A stretch of 64,000 nucleotides of DNA from a virus (IMGVR_UViG_3300033233_000014:47630-111629), one strand, 5' to 3'; shown: positions 42,188 through 52,497, numbered from the stretch's first letter. The notes: generated from the sequence alone by a model not told the origin. Made by a program: numbers and translations.

Positions 42188-42228
42188 GTCGGATTCCCGA
42201 GGGATAACAATGCCATTGATATGCCCCT

Positions 42229-42249
42229 GACTGCAGACCGTCTGCAGTC
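42229..42249. promoter_or_regulatory. 21-bp palindrome (operator candidate)
   Basis: GACTGCAGAC-C-GTCTGCAGTC. Confidence 0.6.
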
Positions 42250-42253
42250 CGCC

Positions 42254-42520
42254 CTACGCCCCATCCCGCGCCTCGGCACAGAACGCCAAGAACTCCCGCG
42301 TCGGCAGCGCCGCGATCTCGGGGAAGCCCCGCGCCGCGATCCCCCGCCGCAGGATCCCAAGGCCCCGGAGAAACTCCGCCTGCACCGCCGCCGGCGTCTC
42401 CTCGATCCCGTGCGCCCGCAGCCATCCTGCCGTCCGCTGCGCCCATGCCTCGGTGACGAACGCCTGATCGTCGTCCCGGTCCATCTCGTGGTCCATCCCG
42501 CGGTCCATCTCACGGCCCAT
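42254..42520 (-). CDS. hypothetical protein
   Basis: GGAGGTG SD. Confidence 0.55.
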   Translation of the reverse strand: MGREMDRGMDHEMDRDDDQAFVTEAWAQRTAGWLRAHGIEETPAAVQAEFLRGLGILRRGIAARGFPEIAALPTREFLAFCAEARDGA

Positions 42521-42599
42521 CAGGCACCTCCCCTACCCTAAGACGTCCCAGCCGTGACACCCGAGACACCATGACCGACCCATCCCCTCGGCGGCGCTG

Positions 42600-43080
42600 G
42601 GTATTTTTTCCGGCGTCGTGAACCCATGCCCTGCCCATGTGCCCGGGCACGCGCCGGGTGTATTTTTTTCCGGCGCCACGAGCCCATGACGGTCGTGTTC
42701 CCCCCAGGAATTCCTTCGGTGGATTCCCTCGGGATTGTTCGTGGAAAACTGCCCACTCGTGCGACCCTCTCGCGCCTGGCACCTCTGCACGCACCCCCCA
42801 CAGAAGGGTTATTCATCTCCGGCACGGGCCGTCCCAGACTCGGCGTCTCTCTCCCAACCAAGCCCACCCCCAGGCTAGACATCCACATCCAGGGACTAGA
42901 CATCCCCCATCCGAGAACGCTTCCAGACTAGACCCACCCCCCCCTCGACCAAGCGCACTCCCAGACTAGGCACCCCCCATCCGAGAACGCCCTTCCAAGA
43001 GAGTAGGGCTTTTGGGCTCGGCCAGGCTCGACCCCGGGGTTCTTTTGCGGTCCCCCCCACTCCCCCCTACCCCCTACCCC
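42600..43080. repeat. noncoding direct-repeat cluster with G-tract motif
   Basis: GTATTTTTT(T)CCGGCG x2, CCCCCATCCGAGAACGC x2 (42904, 42974), four CTAG units, C-run tract 43052-43080. Confidence 0.7.
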
Positions 43081-43765
43081 GCCTCGGCAGGCACGGCTTG
43101 TTGCAGGCGAGGCCGGCGCTGGGATGCCCCAGGCGCCGGCTACCCGGGCCGTGGTGCCGCGCCAGGCCGTGGCCGGGGCCGGAAGTGCCTGCGCCTGTCC
43201 GATGGCCCGTAGCGAGGCGCTAGCGCGTCACGATAACCCTCCCAGGCCCGTCCCTCACCCGCGCACCCGTGTCGCGCACCCATCACGAGCCCATGACCCA
43301 TGCGGGCCCATCACGGCGCTCGAGCCGTGCTCGCGGCGCCCATGCCGACCCACGATCGCCGTGCTGAACTTCTTCCGCCGCGGCGCGCCCGGGGGCTGAA
43401 GTTGTTCAGCGGCGGGTGCCGCAGGCCACCATCGCCTGGGCCATACGCCAGGCGCACGCACCCCGGCCTGTACGGCAACTGCCGTATTGGGCCAGGCAAG
43501 TGCCAGGCGCTAGCGCCGTCGGCACTCGTCGAACTCTCGCACGCACCCCGGGCTGTGTCGGCGAAGAGTGTCTCGCCGAGTTGCAGGACTCTCGACGAGT
43601 GCTGCCGCCGTAACTCTCGGAACTCTCGGCCCCCGCTGATCCCGCCGAGTTCGGCCTGGTGCGCCTCTCGGCATCCACACTGGGCGCATGCACCCCGTAG
43701 TGTGCGAGTATTCGGCTGGGTTCCCGCCTGGCCTGTGCTCCACGACGCCAGGCGCGTCACCCGCC

Positions 43766-44026
43766 CTATGCATCCGGCGGCGCGCCGATGAAATCGGCCT
43801 GGCCGAACGTGTCGCTCGCGCGCTTGCGTGCCCGCTGCACCGCCTCCATCACCGCGCGGCGCAACTCCGCCGTCTGCCCCTTCGCCACCGCGTCCCGCAC
43901 CGCCTCCTGCGTCACCGAGAGATCAAGCGCCCGGTGCTCGTAGCGATCCCGCGCCCCGCACCACACGAACCCGCCCTCGCCCGTAAGCCAGGCGTGCCAC
44001 TCGAGCCGCCGATCCGCGTCGGTCAT
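43766..44026 (-). CDS. hypothetical protein
   Basis: ORF with GAGG SD. Confidence 0.5.
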   Translation of the reverse strand: MTDADRRLEWHAWLTGEGGFVWCGARDRYEHRALDLSVTQEAVRDAVAKGQTAELRRAVMEAVQRARKRASDTFGQADFIGAPPDA

Positions 44027-44454
44027 GCGCGCCGCCTCTCCATCGCCTCAGCCATCACGCCGTGCTCGCGATTGTTCCCCGTGAAACGTTTTCCGTAACT
44101 GGGCATGGCCCTTGGTGATACCTCGCATAAGAGAGACGGCCCGAGGATGGGAGGGTGACTGCAGACACTTGCAGTCGATCGCGTAGGGCTCGGTGGCGCG
44201 CCGAAGGCGTGTGGCTGCTGGGCCTTGCGTCGAAGCATGCGTGCCTAGCCTTCGTCGACTCCCGTGTGCGGCGTGTCGGTGCGGAGGCGTGCGGGCCTCT
44301 CGCCGACCCCCATTCCATGTCGCCCCGGTGCGCCCGAGGCCGGGAACGACCCCGTTCTGAACCCTGCTGGGCCTCTGCTGCGTCTCTACACAGGCCGGAA
44401 GGGGGACGTTTTTCACGCGCCTGAGTCCGAACGGAACGAGAACACTTGCGCCGA

Positions 44455-44724
44455 TCATGCGCCACGCCTCGGGGGGTGTGGGCCGTAGTGCTCGCCGTGG
44501 ATCCGCACGGAGACGACGTGCGTCTCGCCCGGCGTGCCGCGCCAATGCACCGCCCAGTAGGGTGTCCCGCCTGCCTCGATGCGCTCGACGTGGCGGCGCA
44601 CGGCCAGGGCTGCCGCGCCGGGCGTCTCATGCCACTCGGCGGGCGTGCCATCGGGAAGCCTGTCGCCCGGGGCACAGGTGCAGGGGACGCAGATGAGATC
44701 GGCGGCGGACAAGCGCCGGGACAC
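44455..44724 (-). CDS. hypothetical protein
   Basis: ORF after the upstream stop. Confidence 0.45.
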   Translation of the reverse strand: MSRRLSAADLICVPCTCAPGDRLPDGTPAEWHETPGAAALAVRRHVERIEAGGTPYWAVHWRGTPGETHVVSVRIHGEHYGPHPPRRGA

Positions 44725-44725
44725 C

Positions 44726-45184
44726 TCATGCCCGCAGGAACGAGAGATCGACGGTGTCGTGCCCCGCCGGCTCCCGCGCCGGCGACGCCATGAGCCGCTC
44801 GGCCATATGGAGGTTGGCCGGGCAGATGCGCAGTTCGGCGAAGTGGACGGTGGCGGGGAATGTCTCCGTGAGGAACTCGCCCAGCGGTTCGCCGAAGCGA
44901 TTCGTCCACGAGAGGTTGTGCTTGAACACGCAGGGCGAGCAGACTTGGTGCCACCCGCTGCAGCAGGTGCAGCGCCGCAGGCCGTAGGGCCAGCGCTGGC
45001 CGTAGGGCCAGCGCTCGCCCCGGTGGTAGCGGAGATCGGCCTGGCAGCACTCGCAGCGGCGCACCACGTCGGCGGCGTAGGCGTAGCCTGGCGGCCGGGC
45101 GGGTGGAGGAGGCAGCGGCCGGGTGTTCCAGACCCGGCGCGCCACGATCAGCGCCTCCCGTTGCAGATCGTCGAGGGACGGCAT
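44726..45184 (-). CDS. Cys-rich hypothetical protein
   Basis: CECC...CTCC...CSPC. Confidence 0.5.
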   Translation of the reverse strand: MPSLDDLQREALIVARRVWNTRPLPPPPARPPGYAYAADVVRRCECCQADLRYHRGERWPYGQRWPYGLRRCTCCSGWHQVCSPCVFKHNLSWTNRFGEPLGEFLTETFPATVHFAELRICPANLHMAERLMASPAREPAGHDTVDLSFLRA

Positions 45185-45189
45185 CGACG

Positions 45190-45528
45190 TCAGTTCGCCT
45201 CGGCCTCGTCGGCCCAGGCCCCGGCCAGGGCGGCGGCAAGCGTCTCCTGCGCCGCCGCCCGGATCTCGTCTGGCGGCGCGTCGAGGATCTGGAGGCTGAT
45301 CGTGGCGTCCCAATCCCGGGGCTCCCAGCCGGGGAAGTGCAGGCGGGCGCTCACCAGGAGGTTGCCGTCCCGCGCTGCGAAGCCGACGGCCTGGACGGCG
45401 CCCCGCGCCTCTGTCATCGCCGCCTCGAGGCCCGCGCAGGCGCCCGCCACGAAGGCGTCGAGCCGCGCCTTGTCCTGCGGGAGCATGATCCAGGAGTCGA
45501 GAATCGTGACGATCATCGGCCGCGTCAC
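45190..45528 (-). CDS. hypothetical protein
   Basis: GTGA-coupled ORF. Confidence 0.55.
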   Translation of the reverse strand: MTRPMIVTILDSWIMLPQDKARLDAFVAGACAGLEAAMTEARGAVQAVGFAARDGNLLVSARLHFPGWEPRDWDATISLQILDAPPDEIRAAAQETLAAALAGAWADEAEAN

Positions 45529-45893
45529 GCCCCCGCCTTCGCCTTCGCCTTCGCCTCCCACTCCGCGACCTCCTCCCGAGTCTTCTCCATGACGCCGACG
45601 AGCCCCTCCTCCTCGATGATGTAGTCGTCCCCGAAGATCATGGCCCATTGCGCCCTGCGGTGCACCGACGGCAGGTCGAGTGTGACCATGAACTTCCGCC
45701 GCCCCGCCTTGCCGATATCGTCGACGCCGTTGTCGTAGAACCGGATGACTGGGAGATCCAGCCCGCCGCGCTGCCGTTCAACGGCCGCCGCCACCTTGGC
45801 GAGCATGCCCGCCTGCTCAGGCGTCAGCGAGGCAAACCACGCCGCGTCCATGTCTACTCGCATCGTGCCACTCCTGCCCTGATGGGCGATCAT
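45525..45893 (-). CDS. hypothetical protein
   Basis: ATGA-coupled ORF. Confidence 0.58.
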   Translation of the reverse strand: MIAHQGRSGTMRVDMDAAWFASLTPEQAGMLAKVAAAVERQRGGLDLPVIRFYDNGVDDIGKAGRRKFMVTLDLPSVHRRAQWAMIFGDDYIIEEEGLVGVMEKTREEVAEWEAKAKAKAGA

Positions 45894-46210
45894 TCGTCCC
45901 GAAAGTCCTCGAGCGTCTCGGCGGCGAAGTCGTCCATCGCCTGCTCGCAGCCCCCGCAGCGCCCGCCTTTCGACAGCGGGCCGTTCACCAGGCTGCAGTT
46001 CACGCACACGCCGTCCCGATCCGCTCGCTGCCACGCCGTGAGGAACTCCTCGATGTCGGCGAGGACCATCCGCCCCTCCTCGGCCGCCTGCGCGTTGACG
46101 CTGAACTGGAACGTCTTGCCCTGCCAGCACCACGACCGCCCGCCGAACGCGTCGGGGGCGACGAGGGTGAAGCCGTGCGCGAGGAACCAGGCGGCGTCGA
46201 GGGCGCTCAC
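45890..46210 (-). CDS. hypothetical protein
   Basis: GTGA-coupled; CVNC...CGGC. Confidence 0.55.
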   Translation of the reverse strand: MSALDAAWFLAHGFTLVAPDAFGGRSWCWQGKTFQFSVNAQAAEEGRMVLADIEEFLTAWQRADRDGVCVNCSLVNGPLSKGGRCGGCEQAMDDFAAETLEDFRDE

Positions 46211-46449
46211 TCGGCCCCCATCAGGACGCTGGCGACGCGCTCCTCGTCCGACTTGGTCATCGGTGGCTGGGGGCGACGGGGGAACACCGGATCGACCGAG
46301 ACGGCGGTGTCGGAGCGGCACGGGCCGGCGTATGGCGGGGCGTCGACGGCCTCCACACGGACGTGCAGTCGCACGGTTCGCCCGCACAAGATCCGCAGCC
46401 GGTCGCGCCAGGCGAAGTGGATCTCGACCTTGGTGAAGAACGTCTCCAT
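46207..46449 (-). CDS. hypothetical protein
   Basis: AGGAGG SD; WRDRLRIL. Confidence 0.6.
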   Translation of the reverse strand: METFFTKVEIHFAWRDRLRILCGRTVRLHVRVEAVDAPPYAGPCRSDTAVSVDPVFPRRPQPPMTKSDEERVASVLMGAE

Positions 46450-46485
46450 TAGGAACTTCCTCCTACACGACGAGGTCGAGGGCGC

Positions 46486-46716
46486 TCATGTTCTCTTCGC
46501 GCGCCGATCTGCGAGTTTCTTCTTGGCGAGAGCGATGCGCTGGCATCTCGCGCAGGAGATCTTTCCTGCTTCCACAAGCAATCGGTGGGTCGCGTTGTGT
46601 GGGTCAAGGAGCCAGAAAAACGTCCTCTCGAACGCCGTAAGTTTGGCGCCCTTCCTCGCCGGCCTGACCGTCGTTCCCCAGTCCCTGACGATCTCCTCAC
46701 GCCGCGCCTTCGGCAT
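46486..46716 (-). CDS. basic hypothetical protein
   Basis: ORF. Confidence 0.45.
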   Translation of the reverse strand: MPKARREEIVRDWGTTVRPARKGAKLTAFERTFFWLLDPHNATHRLLVEAGKISCARCQRIALAKKKLADRRAKRT

Positions 46717-46909
46717 GCCAGGTATGTTACCGCATGCTCACTTCTTTGTCATGCCTCATCCGCGCGGCCACCCCAGACAGGCGAGCGCGACCGCGGCGAT
46801 CCCGAGGCCGATGACGATCAGGCACCGCAGTCCCCGGCGCCTGGCCCGCCGGCGCTCTCCGGCCCGGATCTCGGCGATCCACGTGGGATCCCAGATCGCA
46901 CACCCCCAC

Positions 46910-47263
46910 TCAGGCGAGTGCCCACCAGGCGATCTTGCACGCCCCGTGCAGCGCCTGGTCGACGTGGATGCCGAACCAGCCCTCACACTTCGAGAAGTCA
47001 ATCACCCAGTGCGCCGCCGTCTCGGCGAGCCCCAGCCAGACGTTGCCGGTGATGGCAGCAACGGCCGCGCCGTGGATCACCGCGTGGGCGGTGAGGAAGT
47101 ACGGCCACACGCGCTGCAGCGTCTGGCCGGGCGGGAGCGAGGCCGGATCGATCACCCGGTGCCGGTTCTTGCCCTTCGCCATGTCGGGCGACTGCGCCCA
47201 GAAGTCGGCGATGCAGTGGCCGACGATCAACCACCAGAGCCGCTCGAGGCTGGTCAGGATCAT
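46910..47263 (-). CDS. DUF3307 family membrane protein
   Basis: GHCIADFWAQ...AHAVIH...HWVID..K...DQALH. Confidence 0.8.
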   Translation of the reverse strand: MILTSLERLWWLIVGHCIADFWAQSPDMAKGKNRHRVIDPASLPPGQTLQRVWPYFLTAHAVIHGAAVAAITGNVWLGLAETAAHWVIDFSKCEGWFGIHVDQALHGACKIAWWALA

Positions 47264-47628
47264 GCGGGCGGTGCCTCCGGCGCCGGAACGATCGGCGTCT
47301 CCTCCGGCATCTTGGGCACGAAGCCCTTCGGCCGCAAGAACGACACCGAGATCGGCGCACCGTCCTCGGCCAACGTCACGTAGATGAACTCGTGCGGGTG
47401 CGGCTTCACGACCTTGTTCGCCACCAGCCCTCGCCGCAGATGCACCCAGACTTGCTCCACGCCGTCGACGCTGTCCGTGACCTCGACCGTGGGCGGCGAG
47501 AACTCGACGTAGACGGGCGCGACGTTCGGCCCGCCGTTCGTCCCGTTGGGCGTCATCCCGGGAGAGGCTGGGGAGATGCCCGAGGGAGGCTCGGGAGATG
47601 CGCCCGGGATGTCGGGAGACTCGCTCAC
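47260..47628 (-). CDS. hypothetical protein
   Basis: GTGA-coupled ORF. Confidence 0.5.
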   Translation of the reverse strand: MSESPDIPGASPEPPSGISPASPGMTPNGTNGGPNVAPVYVEFSPPTVEVTDSVDGVEQVWVHLRRGLVANKVVKPHPHEFIYVTLAEDGAPISVSFLRPKGFVPKMPEETPIVPAPEAPPA

Positions 47629-47850
47629 GGGAAGTCGATCTCCTGCCCGTCGGCCGTGTGGACGCGGATGAAGTACATGGCCGCGTCCTCGCGCAGCAGG
47701 ATCTCGACGTGCGCCTCGATGCCGATGCCCCGCAGCCTGGCGCGGATCGCCGGGACCAGGTCCGGCCCCGGCGATTCGCACACGAACACCTGCAGCGCCG
47801 CGGCCACCCGCTCTTCCGTGTCCTGCCAGTCGGGCTCCTCGCCGATGGGA

Positions 47851-48099
47851 CTACCCGCCTCCGGCCGGCGGGCGCGTCCACACGACGCCGAACGGGTTCT
47901 GGTCGAAGTCGATGGACTGACGGAACCCGACCGCCGACGCCGTGGCCGCGAGGTCCACTGGGCACAGGCAGTCGCCATCGCCGAGCGCCGGCATCCCGGT
48001 GGCGAACACGAGGCGCTCGCGCCCGCCGACGAGCGCGGCCAGTTCGCCGACCGTCTCGGCGATCTCGCCCGTCGGGTTCACGAGTACCTCGACGCACAC
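47851..48099 (-). CDS. hypothetical protein
   Basis: CLCPVDLAATA. Confidence 0.55.
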   Translation of the reverse strand: MCVEVLVNPTGEIAETVGELAALVGGRERLVFATGMPALGDGDCLCPVDLAATASAVGFRQSIDFDQNPFGVVWTRPPAGGG

Positions 48100-48100
48100 G

Positions 48101-48322
48101 TCAGGCTTCCCCCACGACGCCCATCTCGCCGAGCGCCCAAGTGATCTGGTGCGTCAGGAGATGGTCAAGGCCGAGCGCGTTCGCGATCTCCTCGCCGTCC
48201 ACGCCGGGGTGATCGTGGATGCGGCGGAACACCTGCGCTGCGTCCTCGAGCGTGCCCGCCCGCAGCGTGGTCGCGCGCTCCCACGCTGGAGCAGACGGCG
48301 CCAGGTTTGTCGTCTCGGTCAC
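48101..48322 (-). CDS. small HTH-like protein
   Basis: IHDHPGVDGEEIANALGL. Confidence 0.5.
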   Translation of the reverse strand: MTETTNLAPSAPAWERATTLRAGTLEDAAQVFRRIHDHPGVDGEEIANALGLDHLLTHQITWALGEMGVVGEA

Positions 48323-48570
48323 TTGCTCTCCTTGCACTCGGCGACCCGCAGGGCTTCCGCGACGAAGTTCCGGGCTGCCACCGGCCCGTCGAGCGCGAAC
48401 ATCTGGATGGCCTCGGCACTCACGCACACGCCGGTACGCGCGTGACGGTAGACCATCGCCTCCGTCTCCCACGCGAAGCCCGCCTCTCCGACGAGCCAGT
48501 CGTGGATCGCGCGAATCGCCGGAAGCGCTTCGGACGAATCGGGGTAGAACATAGGGATGTCGTCGGTCAC
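48319..48570 (-). CDS. hypothetical protein
   Basis: GTGA-coupled ORF. Confidence 0.5.
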   Translation of the reverse strand: MTDDIPMFYPDSSEALPAIRAIHDWLVGEAGFAWETEAMVYRHARTGVCVSAEAIQMFALDGPVAARNFVAEALRVAECKESK

Positions 48571-48842
48571 TTGCCCCCCTTGATCTTGATGGCGTCGTGC
48601 CACGCCTCGCCGCCGCCGAGCATGAGGAAGGGCGTCATCGCCATCGTCACGAGCGCCGTGGGCACGAGCATCTCCGTCCAGATGTAGACGAGGGCCGCCG
48701 CGATCGGGAAGGCCGACGCGATCCACGCGCACCGCACCTTGTTGGAGCGGTACCAGACCTTGCGCCCGAGGATCTGGCCGCACGTCGGGCACGAGCCTGT
48801 CGCCTCGACTGCCTGCCGCAGCGCCGTGCCCCCGTCACTCAT
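48567..48842 (-). CDS. membrane protein, 2 TM
   Basis: two hydrophobic segments. Confidence 0.55.
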   Translation of the reverse strand: MSDGGTALRQAVEATGSCPTCGQILGRKVWYRSNKVRCAWIASAFPIAAALVYIWTEMLVPTALVTMAMTPFLMLGGGEAWHDAIKIKGGK

Positions 48843-49041
48843 CGTCGTTCGTCTCCTGGCGCTCGTCCTCGGGCCACGTCACCTGGGCCTCGCCGTTGTT
48901 GGGCCGGTGTGCCGCGTGCGGGCCGTCGTGCCCCGCCGGCTTCTCGCACTCGATGGTACACGTCTCGCCGTCGGATCCTTCAAGATAGAGGTGCGCGCCG
49001 CAGAGGATCGGGCTCACGTCCGCCCCCTTCAGCACGGTCAC
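48835..49041 (-). CDS. hypothetical protein
   Basis: CEKPAGHDGPH motif. Confidence 0.55.
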   Translation of the reverse strand: MTVLKGADVSPILCGAHLYLEGSDGETCTIECEKPAGHDGPHAAHRPNNGEAQVTWPEDERQETNDDE

Positions 49042-49289
49042 CCCTTGGCCTGCACCCCGTGCCGCGCCAGCACGTCGCGGAACTGGTCACGGATCTCTTG
49101 GAAGCAGCGCGGCGGCTTGACCTGCACGCGACTGGCAAGATCCTGCACCAGCGCCGACGCGAGGGCGTGGCCGTCCGCCGTGCCGCCGTCCACGCGGAAG
49201 CCCGGGCCCTGGGTGATCCGGGTGTGGCCGTCCCCGCAGAGGACGATGCCCTGCACGAACGGCCCGACGGCAGACCGTCTGCCTTTCAC
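49038..49289 (-). CDS. hypothetical protein
   Basis: GTGA-coupled ORF. Confidence 0.45.
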   Translation of the reverse strand: MKGRRSAVGPFVQGIVLCGDGHTRITQGPGFRVDGGTADGHALASALVQDLASRVQVKPPRCFQEIRDQFRDVLARHGVQAKG

Positions 49290-49819
49290 GCCGGGTTGTC
49301 CGCCTCGAGGCGCTCGATCAGCGCGTCCTTCGTGCCGTACTTCGCCAGCCCGCGCTTTACACACGCCGCCTGCAGTTCGGCCTTGCTCATCGCCCCGTAG
49401 TCCGGCTTCGCCGTCTTGGCCTTCTTGCCCGCACGATCATCGAGGAACTTCTCGGCCTTCTCCACCGACTTCGGCGTCAGTTGCCCGCCCGAGGCGACGA
49501 ACACGGCGGGCGTCGGCGCCACCGACACGGACATCGGCAGCGGCTTCGCCGTCTCGCGCAGCGCCTCGGCCGGGTCGAACTCGGCCTTCGTCGTCACGCT
49601 GAACCGTCCGCCGACGGAGGCGAGCGTGGCCGCAAACAGCGCGGCCTGCGCATTCGTGAGGCCCTCGATGGTGATGCTGCTCACCTGCGACAGGCTCTGG
49701 TTCTGGATCATGACCTTCGCCCGCTCGAACGTCGCCTTGTCGGCGACGCGCAGCGCGCCCAGCACAACCCGATCGGCATCCACGGTGGGCGGCGAGATTG
49801 TGACCGTCAGGCGCGACAT
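49286..49819 (-). CDS. SAP-domain DNA-binding protein
   Basis: C-terminal YGAMSKAELQAACVKRGLAKYGTKDALIERL. Confidence 0.78.
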   Translation of the reverse strand: MSRLTVTISPPTVDADRVVLGALRVADKATFERAKVMIQNQSLSQVSSITIEGLTNAQAALFAATLASVGGRFSVTTKAEFDPAEALRETAKPLPMSVSVAPTPAVFVASGGQLTPKSVEKAEKFLDDRAGKKAKTAKPDYGAMSKAELQAACVKRGLAKYGTKDALIERLEADNPA

Positions 49820-52497
49820 GCGGCCTCCTTGTCGTCGAGCGACACCACCAGCGGCGTGTGATCCCGGTGCCGCGCGTCGCCCGGCGCGGAGATCTTCGTG
49901 CCCTGCTTCCCCCACCACGGGAGGATCACCAGGCTCTTCTCGGGCGGGGTGGACGGCTCGTCGGGCGTCTTCGGCCACGCCGGCTCGCCCCGCTCGGGCA
50001 CGAATCCGATGCCGAATCCCGCGCCAGGCGATGCCTCGGGCTTCTCGGACGACGGCTCGGGCAGGCGCTCCGTCGTCTCCCCCATGCGCTTCATCTGCGC
50101 TGCCGCGTCTCGCACCTGGCGCGTGGCGTTTGCCAGGTGCTCCATCGCGGTGCCGGCCGCCGCGACCGCCCCGGCGAGGTTCTTCTCCCCGATCTGCCGA
50201 CGCGCTCGCGCCAGGAGCAGCGCCGACTCGGACATCTGCGCCTGCGCCTGGCGGTGTCCATCCTCGTCGAGCACGCCCTCGGCCGCGGCCGTCGCCACTG
50301 CACTCGCCGTCGCCGCGTGCGCCTGCACGCCCTCGTGCAGATGCCGCGCGAGATCGATGGCCGCCAGGCGCTGGGCGAAGCCACCCTTCGCCGCCTGGAG
50401 CGCCCGCTCGGCCGACGTGAGTTCATCCGCGACGTCGCTGATCTTCCACTTGGCGTTCTCCGCCAGGTCGTCCGCCCGCCCGGCGCGCTCCTGCATATCC
50501 TCGACGAGTTTGGCGGCGGCCTCGGCCCGATCCCGGGCGGCCTCGGCGACCATCGCCGCGGCGCGGGCCAACTTCACTTCGCCATGCTCGGCCGCCTGCT
50601 TGGCCTGCGCCGCCGCCATCTTGGCCGCCTCGGCGTGCTGCCGCGCGCCCGGCGCCTTCAGCGCCGCTTGCGCTGCATCCTCCGCCCACTCCTGGGCTAC
50701 CTGCGCCTCGCGCTGCGCCCATTCGGCCGGCGTCAACGGAGTCTTCGGCGCCTTGGGCTTCGCGCGCTCGCGCGTCTCCCATGCCTTCTTCGCGCGCTCG
50801 CTGGCCTCCTCGGGCGTGAGCGCCTTCTCGGCGAGCCAGCGCTCGATGGCCGGCTCGCGCACGCCCGGCGCCTTCACGCCTGGCGCCGCCGCTCCAGGCG
50901 CCGCCACGGCCGGCGGTGGGGCGCGCCGCTTCTGGATTTCGCCCCAGACGCCAGGCAGGGCCTTCTGCTGCTCGGCCGACCGCTCGAGTTTGTCGAGGAA
51001 GCGATCCCACATGCCCTGCACCGTGCGCAGTGCCTGGGTGAGCCCGGCGCCGGCTGCGCCGACGCGTCCCGTGTCCATGCGCCCGCTCTTGTCCCGCGCC
51101 TTCGCGGCCTCGGCGAGATCCTTGCGGCGCTTCTTGATGTCGCGCTGCACGCTGTTGAGTTGCTTCTGGAAGTCCTGGTAGTGCTGGCGCGAGGCGAGCG
51201 TCCCCAGCAGCGAGCCCGCGGGCTTGATCAGCCCCAACTCCAGGATGCGCCGCTCGATCTGGGCCGAGGTCACGAGCGCCTGGTCCTCGGCGATGCTCTG
51301 GAGTTGCTGCTCGAGCGCGGGCACCGCCTTCGCCTGCTTCGGATCCTTCTGCGCCGCCGCCACCGCCTGCGCCTGCGTCGTCACCCGTTCGCTGCTCTGG
51401 ATGGCCGGCGCCACGCCCCGCACCGGCGCCGTGGTGAACGGCCGCCCCGTGGCCTTGGCCGCGTGCGACCGTGCCGCCGCTGCCGCGGCGTAGGCGTAGG
51501 CGCGGTCGTTCTGGGCGCCCGCGTAGTCGCCGTCCTTCGCCCGCTGTTCCGCCCGATCCGCCACCCGCGCCGATTCCTCCGCCCACTCGGTCGCCTGGGG
51601 CGACTTCGCCGCCCCGGCCGCCGCCGCGGCTTCCCGGGCGGCCTGCTGCGCGTCGGTGACGAACTGGGCCATGTCCGCCTGCCGCTGCTTGGGGGCGAGC
51701 GCCTCGACGCGCGCCGCCTCTTCCTGTTCCCCGTCCACCTCAGCCTCCGGCGGCTCGGTGGCGATCTCCTCTTCCCCTTCCGGCGGCTCCTGCGCCCGTG
51801 CGCCCCGCTGACGCGACTCCCACGCCTTCTTGCTGCGCTCGGAGAGTTCCGCGGTCGTCAGCGCGTCCTTCTCCATCGCGGCGGCGACGATGGCCTTCGC
51901 GCGCTCGGCGGCCGACTCGACGGCCGCCTTCGGGTACGGCACTTCGGGCACCTGCTGCAGGATCGTCTGCATCGCCCCGACGAAGGTATCCCGCGCCTCG
52001 GGTGTGGCTCCCGCATCCAGGGCATCGGCCGCCTGCCGAGCGGCAATCCCCTCGGCCGCGTGCCCTGCGCGCGTCAACCGATCCGCCGCCCGTCGCGCCA
52101 GCACGACGGCATCCCGCACCGGGCCGGCTCGCGCCAACCGCCTGGCGTTCTCCACCATGAAGAGCGCCAGGTTCGCCTGGCGCCCGCGCTTCTCCCACGC
52201 CAGCCGGGCCGCCTCCTGCCGCTTCGGATCCTTCGGCTCGCTGGCCTTGTGGAGGCACGCCTCGCACGTCGGGTGCGAGCCATCCGCCGGCTGGTGGGCC
52301 AGCGTCGGCCCGTGCGTCGCGCACTTCACCCAGTCGTGGCCGTTCGCACAGCGCTGGTGCTGGGTGCCGCACCGGCACGACACCGTCGCATCCCCGCCAC
52401 AGGACGGGCACGTCGCGTTCTTCGCCGCTTCCGGCGGCTTCGCACCCCCTGCGGCCCTGCCGAATCGCCGGAGGTCGTCGTAGGTGATGAACGGCAC
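49807..52497 (-). CDS. large Ala-rich helical protein, putative internal virion polyprotein (3 AW-motif copies)
   Basis: 896-aa ORF; N-terminal Cys/His finger; RLAWEKR, KKAWESR, KKAWETR. Confidence 0.75.
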   Translation of the reverse strand: MPFITYDDLRRFGRAAGGAKPPEAAKNATCPSCGGDATVSCRCGTQHQRCANGHDWVKCATHGPTLAHQPADGSHPTCEACLHKASEPKDPKRQEAARLAWEKRGRQANLALFMVENARRLARAGPVRDAVVLARRAADRLTRAGHAAEGIAARQAADALDAGATPEARDTFVGAMQTILQQVPEVPYPKAAVESAAERAKAIVAAAMEKDALTTAELSERSKKAWESRQRGARAQEPPEGEEEIATEPPEAEVDGEQEEAARVEALAPKQRQADMAQFVTDAQQAAREAAAAAGAAKSPQATEWAEESARVADRAEQRAKDGDYAGAQNDRAYAYAAAAAARSHAAKATGRPFTTAPVRGVAPAIQSSERVTTQAQAVAAAQKDPKQAKAVPALEQQLQSIAEDQALVTSAQIERRILELGLIKPAGSLLGTLASRQHYQDFQKQLNSVQRDIKKRRKDLAEAAKARDKSGRMDTGRVGAAGAGLTQALRTVQGMWDRFLDKLERSAEQQKALPGVWGEIQKRRAPPPAVAAPGAAAPGVKAPGVREPAIERWLAEKALTPEEASERAKKAWETRERAKPKAPKTPLTPAEWAQREAQVAQEWAEDAAQAALKAPGARQHAEAAKMAAAQAKQAAEHGEVKLARAAAMVAEAARDRAEAAAKLVEDMQERAGRADDLAENAKWKISDVADELTSAERALQAAKGGFAQRLAAIDLARHLHEGVQAHAATASAVATAAAEGVLDEDGHRQAQAQMSESALLLARARRQIGEKNLAGAVAAAGTAMEHLANATRQVRDAAAQMKRMGETTERLPEPSSEKPEASPGAGFGIGFVPERGEPAWPKTPDEPSTPPEKSLVILPWWGKQGTKISAPGDARHRDHTPLVVSLDDKEAACRA

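Noticed and set aside
42600-43000. CRISPR array
   Set aside because: Repeats occur only in pairs with irregular spacing; no cas genes in the window
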